Source: Antedon mediterranea
Lineage: Eukaryota > Animalia > Echinodermata
Direction: 5' to 3'
Assembly (NCBI RefSeq): GCF_964355755.1
Contig: NC_092671.1
Location: 35,226,304 to 35,290,303, forward strand
Length of the DNA: 64,000 bases
Shown: positions 54,401-63,400 of the stretch, in pieces
Layout of the letters: every line of letters starts with the position of its first letter
Numbering within the stretch: the stretch's first letter is position 1
The notes under the pieces: model-generated
Told to the model about the DNA's origin: nothing
Database searches by the model: none
What the model saw: only the letters and a program-made list of their open reading frames with translations
Translations under genes and position numbers: made by a program

Positions 54401-57400
54401 AGCCAACCCATAATCTGTACAGTATTAAGGGACACTTCCCATGGAAATGATCAATATATAACATTAGCCAACCCATAATCTGTACAGTATTAAGGGACAC
54501 TTCCCATGGAAATGATCAATATATAACATTAGCCAACCCATAATCTGTACAGTATTAAAGGGACACTTTGTGTGGAAATGATCAATATATAACATTAGCC
54601 AACCCATAATCTGTACAGTATTAAAGGGACACTTTGTGTGGAAATGATCAATATATAACATTAGCCAACCCATAATCTGTACAGTATTAAGGGACACTTT
54701 GTGTGGAAATGATCAATATATAACATTAGCCAACCCATAATCTGTACAGTATTAAGGGAGACTTTGTGTGGAAATGATCAATATATAACATTAGCCAACC
54801 CATAATCTGTACAGTATTAAGGGACACTTTGTGTGGAAATGATCAATATATAACATTAGCCAACCCATAATCTGTACAGTATTAAGGGACACTTTGTGTG
54901 GAAATGATCAATATATAACATTAGCCAACCCATAATCTGTACAGTATTAAGGGACACTTTGTGTGGAAATGATCAATATATAACATTAGCCAACCCATAA
55001 TCTGTACAGTATTAAGGGACACTTTGTGTGGAAATGATCAATATATAACATTAGCCAACCCATAATCTGTACAGTATTAAGGGAGACTTTGTGTGGTCCT
55101 GAAGGTGTCCCTAAATAGGGGTTCTAATGTATTATACTGGGCACTACTGAAACAATAGAGAGGTTTCGCAACCTTACGAATACGATAACGAAAACAGATA
55201 AGTCACGCATTTGTGAAACTTTTGAGCTGATCCCCATTTCATATTCGTAAAGCGTATTCGTGTTGACGAATATCACCAGTCATATTCGTAACTACAAAGC
55301 GAGTATAGTTTTTGATCTATTTTGCACATTTTGCATTTGAATCAGGAATGATTCATGATTATAATATAATTATATACTTTTATTGAAAGTAATTTATAAA
55401 TAATTTACTATTTGTCAGGTTAATTTTGATAAATAGCAGTTTTTAAAGTTCTCACTCGCTTTGATGTTACGCTAGGCCTAGGCAGCCAAGCACCAAGCAA
55501 CACGTACCTGCGCTTCACTCAAATTTACCACGGTCATATTTTGGACGGCGCCCTCAACATTTTGTTGCCATGCGAAACCGATTTTTACAGACTTACGAAA
55601 AACGAATATGTGTGCGTGACGTATCCGTTTTCGTTATCGTATTCGTAAGATTGCGAAACCTCCCTAATAGTGGCTTTTATACTGTGATCCAAATACTGAA
55701 ATGTTAAAGATATAATTTATTATATTAAAATGTGTTGTTGAATATGTCATCATGTCACATAATAGTTATTCACTTTGACCAAAAACTGGATATAAAAAAT
55801 TATTTACCTGAAAAAAAAGTTATGTAAAGCAAAAGGTACTTAAGTTGCCATTTAGACAATGAGTTTTTGGTTAAAATTAACAGTTTATTTTATCTTTTTG
55901 TAAGTGAAATCATTACATTTCTTTCCTACACAAATAATACTTTATTAAAATTGCAAAATAGCCTATATAAAGTATGATTTTATTAATCTTCATTTTTCAT
56001 GTTTTTGGGGACAATATATCTTTAAGTATAAAGGCTAGCCAGAGTACTATAGAGAAAATTATGCACTATTTCAAATACTGTAGTAGGGCCAAAATAAAAA
56101 CACAGTTTATTTCCTATATTAGTTTCTGAGACGATACAGAATATTCTCAATTCCTTCCAAGCTCATTATCTTCTAGCGTTACAAAATTGGTAACCGAATC
56201 TACATGTAAATCAGTCAGAACATTACAGTGTGAATTCTGTAAATTCTTAACTACAGCAATTAGAATTTAAATGATTGATTTTTCAGCTATTTACTTACAT
56301 ACTCAAGATTTTTAAGTGATGGTGCAATTAGTTTCGTAAGTGCATCAATTAAACACTTGCTGAAACGAAAAGTACAACAAATAACACTATAGGCCTATAT
56401 TTAATCAAATAAAATAAATTTGAATTCACTTTAAACTGGTAATTTGCGGTAACCTATGATTTCAATCAATTATTTCTATTATAATCCATATCAATTGGTG
56501 GGAGAATTAAATGAAGGAGATATGACTTTCTCTCTTCTAAACATACTTTTGAGATTTTCATTTTATACATCCGACAATTAATCACCATTTATGTTTCTGG
56601 ACGGACTCATAGATCATCTGATGAATTTTTACTCTCTGTTCCACACATAGCTACTAACATTTTTGGTCATAGATTGTTTTCTTTTGCAGCACCCACACTC
56701 TGGAATTCACTCCCGCTCAAATTAAACACTGCTCTTCTCTTGCCTTATTTAAAAAATTCCTCAAAACTTTTTTTTTCAACCACTAACATGCATAGCGCCA
56801 TTGATTTTGATATAATAATAATAATAATATTAAACAATGAAGATATAGCCCTAAAACATTTAATATTTTTAGCAAAATTATGTATACTAGATGGTACGCT
56901 CGCTTCGCTCGCGTACCATCTAGGTCGTGCCCACAGATGGTTCTCGAATACACAGTAATTTCAGCGTAACAAAACTGGCGATTTCAAATGTACGTACCGC
57001 AGGACTATAGGCGGGACTATAGGCCTATACATTGTCGTTTACAGAAACGAATAAATAGACACGATGATTTATGTAGTCAACTAAAATTAGCACCCTGGGA
57101 ATTACTTCCGAAGGAGAAACTTATCACAAAATGAGTCCAAGTTTTTGATTTGGACTCATTTAAAGAAACCCAATTTGTGTTTTGTATAGTAACATTAGGG
57201 TTGAGGGATGGGAAAGCGGATAGGTACAAAGAGTAACAATTTTTAAATATATTCTTTATCCACTCAGTAACGAAATATTTTTTTCATGTTTTATAGGCCT
57301 ATAAATAATATACCTCTAAATACAGTAAAACATTTGCGATTTAATACTTTTTTTATTTTATTTATTTATTTATTTCTTTTAAATATTCATTGTACACTAA

Positions 57401-60400
57401 TTTTCCCCGTGTATGGCAAGAGATTCCTAATTATATTAGAGAACATTCTTTATTTAGTTTAGTTAAAACTGTCACTGTCATAATCGATTGAAATATTAAA
57501 GTACCATGTCACGATACACCACTACGATGTTTATATTTGGTAATTATTAATTAATACAAACGTTGAGAAAGAACAGTCAGTATAAAGTTTATTTGTATAT
57601 AATAATGTGTTTATATATCTAACAGTAGAGCCTATCCACAATCTCGCAAGTTTATTCTCAAAGGGCCCATATATTTACCTACCGTATGTGTTAAACCAAG
57701 GGCTCATAAATTTACCTACAGTACTTGTGTTAAACCAAGCTCTGGCAGACTGAGAGATTGGGATGTTCCATTCATCGCAAATCAATAGATTTGTATAATC
57801 GTATATTAAATCTATCAAAATAGTATTTTTTAAAGAAAATCGGCCTGTCTTCAACATTATGATGGTGTACTCTAGCTGTTCAACCGGTTTTCAGCTATTA
57901 AAAACAATTATCGTAGGAGGAGATAGGAAAATGCGAAGCCTCCTCGCATTTTTGTGGCGGGTATTTTTCAAGATGGACATCCATTATACAGTGTATACCA
58001 CGGTCGGAAAACACCCCTATTTGGGGCAAATCTTGGAACCTAAATTCGTTTTAACCGTCAATAACTTATTATCTAACTTAATTTAATTAGTAAACAGGGT
58101 TACATCAGGTGGTTAAAATCAGTACCGAATGTACGAACCAACTTTATATACCATCGAGTAAAAATTATAGAAGTAAGGCGCGATTTACCGAATTTTGCCC
58201 TTACGTAAATTTATATATAGATTTATGTCATTTATATTAAAACAAAAACAGCAACAGCAAAAAAACACCCCTAAAATGTATATACGTCATATATATATTT
58301 TTCGGACTGATTTAATTAATTTTTTCCAGGATAATAATGTTCTCTACAGTATATTATTCTGATGAACTAAAGTATAGCCTCCAATATTATTTTCTTGTTT
58401 TGCTTCCAAATTTCTTTAATTCATATACTGTACTGTACCTTGACATTTCTATGTAAATGCTCTTTTTTGTCTGGATATCTTTGAATTACGTCAACTTTAC
58501 TTTTGTACAAAATGTTAATATGTTGATCCGTCTCATAAAAAATATTGAAAAGCATTTAGTAATCTTTGATTCATTCATTTCATATCGCGAAATATCTTTC
58601 TGGATTCATTTGAGGAAGATAAATGACTCATGAGATTTAATGTCTTTTATCGTTAGAGGAAAAGTAAATTATGAAAAATGAATTTCAAAGAAAACATGAA
58701 AGCATTTTATAAATTGATCGCTATTTTGTTATCTCCATATAAAGCTCATTATGTTGCTGTTAAAAAAGGAAAATTTACATGTTAAAAATTTGCATCATAC
58801 ATCCAGCCTAGAAGCACTTTAAACAAAATTTATCAAAATGTTTACAAAAAGCAACGCATACGCTTCGTTAAAATGTGAGAAGACAATGCAAGCATGGCGT
58901 ACGTGACACAAATCAACCAATCAAATGGCAAGGATACAGTATGTGTGTGTTATCATACTGTCGACTAAAAGAATCATAAATATTTTTAGCTTTACAATGC
59001 TACCAAGAACGTTTTTCAATTCACAATATACAGTGGCAGATCCAGGGGAGGGGGGGGGCGTCTGCACGCCGCCCCCCCCCCCCTATAAATCTGGAGACAA
59101 AAAAATTATCCTACTATAAGGGAAAAAAAGTGAAAAAAGAGAAAAAAAGTGAAAAAAGGGAAAAAAAGAGTAAAGTACTCTTACTTTTGATTAAAACACA
59201 CTTTTTATTAGAGGTTACCATTGTCTGTAAATTTCTAACATTTTGGTGCCTGGATGTAACATGATATTGGCGGGCACCAACGATTCATACAAAGGACACC
59301 GCCATACAACCGCGTAGGCACCTATTGTTTAGATCGCTGGCAGTCAGCAAGCATAAATAAAAGTGTATATACGTCAAAAATGTAACGCCGTGGTTACCTA
59401 CACATCATCATCATAGAGGATAACAATCGATTTTTTTTTCCTAGGCCACCAACCCAACTATATCAATACCTATTTGCTTCTCGGCAACAAACTGTTATAT
59501 CGTCCTGTAATTAGTGTGTTTATTGGAGGGAAAAAGTATGATCGTTTTGTTCATTGGTAGCATGCTACATATGAGACTATCTTTTCCTGAAAATTAGAGT
59601 TTTATCATGAATTTTATGTGCAAGAGTACCATTTCTGCCGGCCATCTGGGGCTTTATTTAACAAACTTCGCTTCGCCATAGGTCCTGTCGAAATAGGCCT
59701 ATAGGGAAAATGTTACCCTTTAATAGGCTAGTACCTCAGTTTTCATATTTAAAATATCAATTTTTTAATACATTTATTTAACGTGAGAGTGCCATTTCCG
59801 ACCATCTAAAGGTGTTACATTTTCAAAATCGCCTCAGCTCAGCCCCAATTCTGAGTTGGTGCAGACTCTCTATAGTTGCATGCCCCCTTTCACAAAATCC
59901 TCAATCCGCCCCTCATATACAAATGTTAACAGTAAAATAAAAATAAACCGCATACTATTTGAACGACGCTCGATACGATTATGCGATTATGTACTACAGA
60001 ATATGAAGAATGAGCACCGATTCATAATCTGATATTAAACTGTTCTAAATATGAATTTTGTATTGAAACTGTACATGAGAAGGAATTACGATATTATATA
60101 CTACAAGACTTAACAACTACTTTAGGTAAATCTCTACTTTCACAAACGGTCCAATATAACCAGAAATATCAACTTTTTTTTTCTATTATTCCACGCAATA
60201 ATCTTTGATTTTGAAAGGTAATGTATAAAAGTAATACTTAATGTATATTCATGTATAGATTTACAATGAACAATCTCAAAAACCATAAGAAAATAAATCA
60301 GTATTTACTTCTATAATTTACCACTGTCGGCAATATGTCTTGTACTGTCTTCGAAGTTTGTCTTTACGACGACTTAAAAATTAAGCTTTTTAAAATGTCA

Positions 60401-63400
60401 TAGATGCTACTGCTCTTACTTAAATGCCTAAATTTTCTTAGTATTGAAATATTGAGGCCATTTTAAATACTTCTTACAAACTTCAAAGAAAGTGAGGTAA
60501 GTTTACTGTATGTTGTGATTCTTTATTTCAAACTTTATACTATGACATTATTCTGATGTGTGTGTATTTGATTTCTAATAATTTTGATTGGTTCATTGTT
60601 CTTTTATATTTATTCCTTCTGATTGGTCAATTGATTGTAGACCTTATTAAAACTTGTTATAGTAATATTATCATTATTTTGATATCGTGAATTAAATTGA
60701 TACTTGATACTAACAATTACATTTTTATTCCTCAAGATGAAATAAAATTAGCTTGGAACTACAATATTTTTTTCCTTTGAGCACGGCCTTACTGAAAAAC
60801 AACTTTCAGTTGAGTTAAGTATCCGTGATTAAATAAAGCTTATTAAATATTATTATTAGGCCTATTATTATTATCATAATACATGTTCATACAAACTTTT
60901 CAGCTGGGAGAAAAAATGTGTTTTTCTAATATTTTATTTTTATTTTTATTTTATTCAATCAAAACCAACAGCGATAAATACCGCCACTAACAGGTTTGAA
61001 ACATAAAACAATACAACATCAAAAACGGTTAATAATAACTATCTTTCCTTTTGTTTTTTCATTCTTGATTATATTTTATAACCGAGTATCTTTTTAATCT
61101 CACTTCTGTATATCATTAATCAATAAACAAAATAAAAAAAGAGGCTTCTGGCGGTACAGTAATATATGTCAATATTTTTACTTACTTCTTATTTCCAGCA
61201 GTGATGGAAAAGAGAGTTCCTTTACTCCTTGCTGTCTGTATGAAGCTGCCCATTATTGTATATTCCTTGGCTTCCATTAGAAGCTGCTGAGCTTTCTCAA
61301 AATCTGCAGTGCTAACATTTAACTCTCTCTTTCTGTCACCTTCTGCAAAATGATTCAAACATTTATTAAAGCGCGAAAAAGAACTTTCCCCATCACATTT
61401 TCGGAAAGAAAAAAATTACAAAATAATTTTAAAAACTCTTTTTTACCTTCTGCAAAATGATAGGAACGATTCAATCTTTAATTTAAGTGCAAAAAAGAAC
61501 TTTCTCAATAACATTTTCGGAAAGAAAAAAAATGTTACAAAACGTCAAAATTCTTGAAAATGAGCAATCCAACTTGCAAGAAAGTACATTTTGCCCAATT
61601 TTTTTTCTAAAAATACCAAAATTAAGTTTGAAAAGTTTGTAGATCAAAGTTTACCATATCTTCATATTGTTAAATCTAAAACTAATCTTTAAAAAATTAC
61701 CGTTCGTAGGAGAAAACACACCTAGATATGAAATTGTCAACAAGAAACACTGAAAAATCTACAAGTAAATTTAGTTTTCTAGGGTGAATTTTGAACCCTA
61801 AAATATATTGGCAAGACATTTATATTATTTATTTGTTATTTTCACCATAATTTCAAGAGAGTGACCCAACCAGTCTGAGCTGTTATAAATAGCTAGCATT
61901 TATGATGGGAGATTTGAGGAATGCGAGGACAGGTGTTTTTTAAAAGAAATTACTTTACTAATAAACATGTTTATTTAGTAAAATTTAAAATATAAAATAG
62001 ATAGCATATAGTAAATACATAGATTATGAAAGAAGTGTATCCAATCATGCAACTCTTTCTAGATTATTTATTTAAGATTATAATAGGATCCCATCAGAAA
62101 TAACCTGGAAAATCGTTTATAAATGTATTTGTAATATCAATTTTAATGTTATCTGTATTTTTAAAAATGATTTTCCTATTAAATTAAAATCAAATCAAAC
62201 AAATATAATTATGCATTATAAAAATGTTTTTTTTATGTTTAAAGTGTTCACTGTCAATCATTTTAGAGTTATTTCTTACAGTACAACATTAATTATAAGA
62301 TTACAATAAAATTACTTGCAAATAGACCATCCCCATGCTTCAGTTTGGTTTTTCATTTTGGACCTTTTTTTTGGTACTTTTTTAATTTTCTATTCTGTTC
62401 TTACAGGTTTCGCATTTAATAAAATGCTAAATTCAAGGTATCATTCATTATTATAAGTCATATAATAGATTTTTAGATGATACTAAGTTTTATAATCTAT
62501 AATATTACAATATCAAATCTTCAAATATTCATAGTTATTTTATTAAGTTCTATAGCTGAGGAGTGACATATTCAAAGAATGTAATTATTTTTGAAAGGAA
62601 AAAAATAATTTTCTGCAATATCATCACGTCATTTTATGCAAACATTGATTCTTGTTTGAAACATATTTTTCTGAAAAATACTAGTCATTTTAACATTTCT
62701 AATTTCTTAGACTACCAATCAGTTGGCGAGTCGTTCAAAACATCTGCCAGAAAGTATGAGTAAAAAAACCAATGATAAATCACCTTACCTTAAACTTTTG
62801 GCTAAAACGACTATAAATTATTATTATTTAAGGATATATTTCAAAATAAATAGTTTGCTTTTGGCAAAATAACAGAGAACTTTAGATCATAAATAACATT
62901 TACGTAAAGAGGAATCATATTCCAATATATATTCAGCTAACTTGGATTAAAATTTCATCAAACTTAAAAGAAGTAATTTCATTTTTTCCTATTGATGCAT
63001 TTTGTATGCAACTTTCAGAAGTCTGAATATTTCGAAATATGTCTCAGATCAAACCGCGACTGAAGAAATTGGTTCACAATAAAGGTAGATGATTTTAAGG
63101 AATAAGGTCAAGATTATTCTAATGCAATTACTGCAATAACTACACTTATATTATATATTATTTTATTTTGTTTCAAGGCAATCACTTCAATAAAACAATG
63201 TGTTAGTTGCCACAAAAATCTAAATAATTACATAATCATTCCATTAATGTAAATTACTTTATATTATTAGTTGTCAATATTTTTATTATATTGAATGTTC
63301 TCTACTGAACCACTTTGGAAATCAATGTTTTAGCACTGAAAGTGTCATTCAGTATAAAGACAGAATAAATAAATAGTAGTTTCGGTCACAATAAAGCCAT

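Noticed and set aside
52714-55096. CRISPR-like array or repetitive protein (ORFs of NTVQIMGWLMLYIDHFHTKCPF repeats)
   Set aside because: Units are contiguous with no unique spacers and no cas genes; mixed 65/66-bp units break the frame; eukaryotic intron context.
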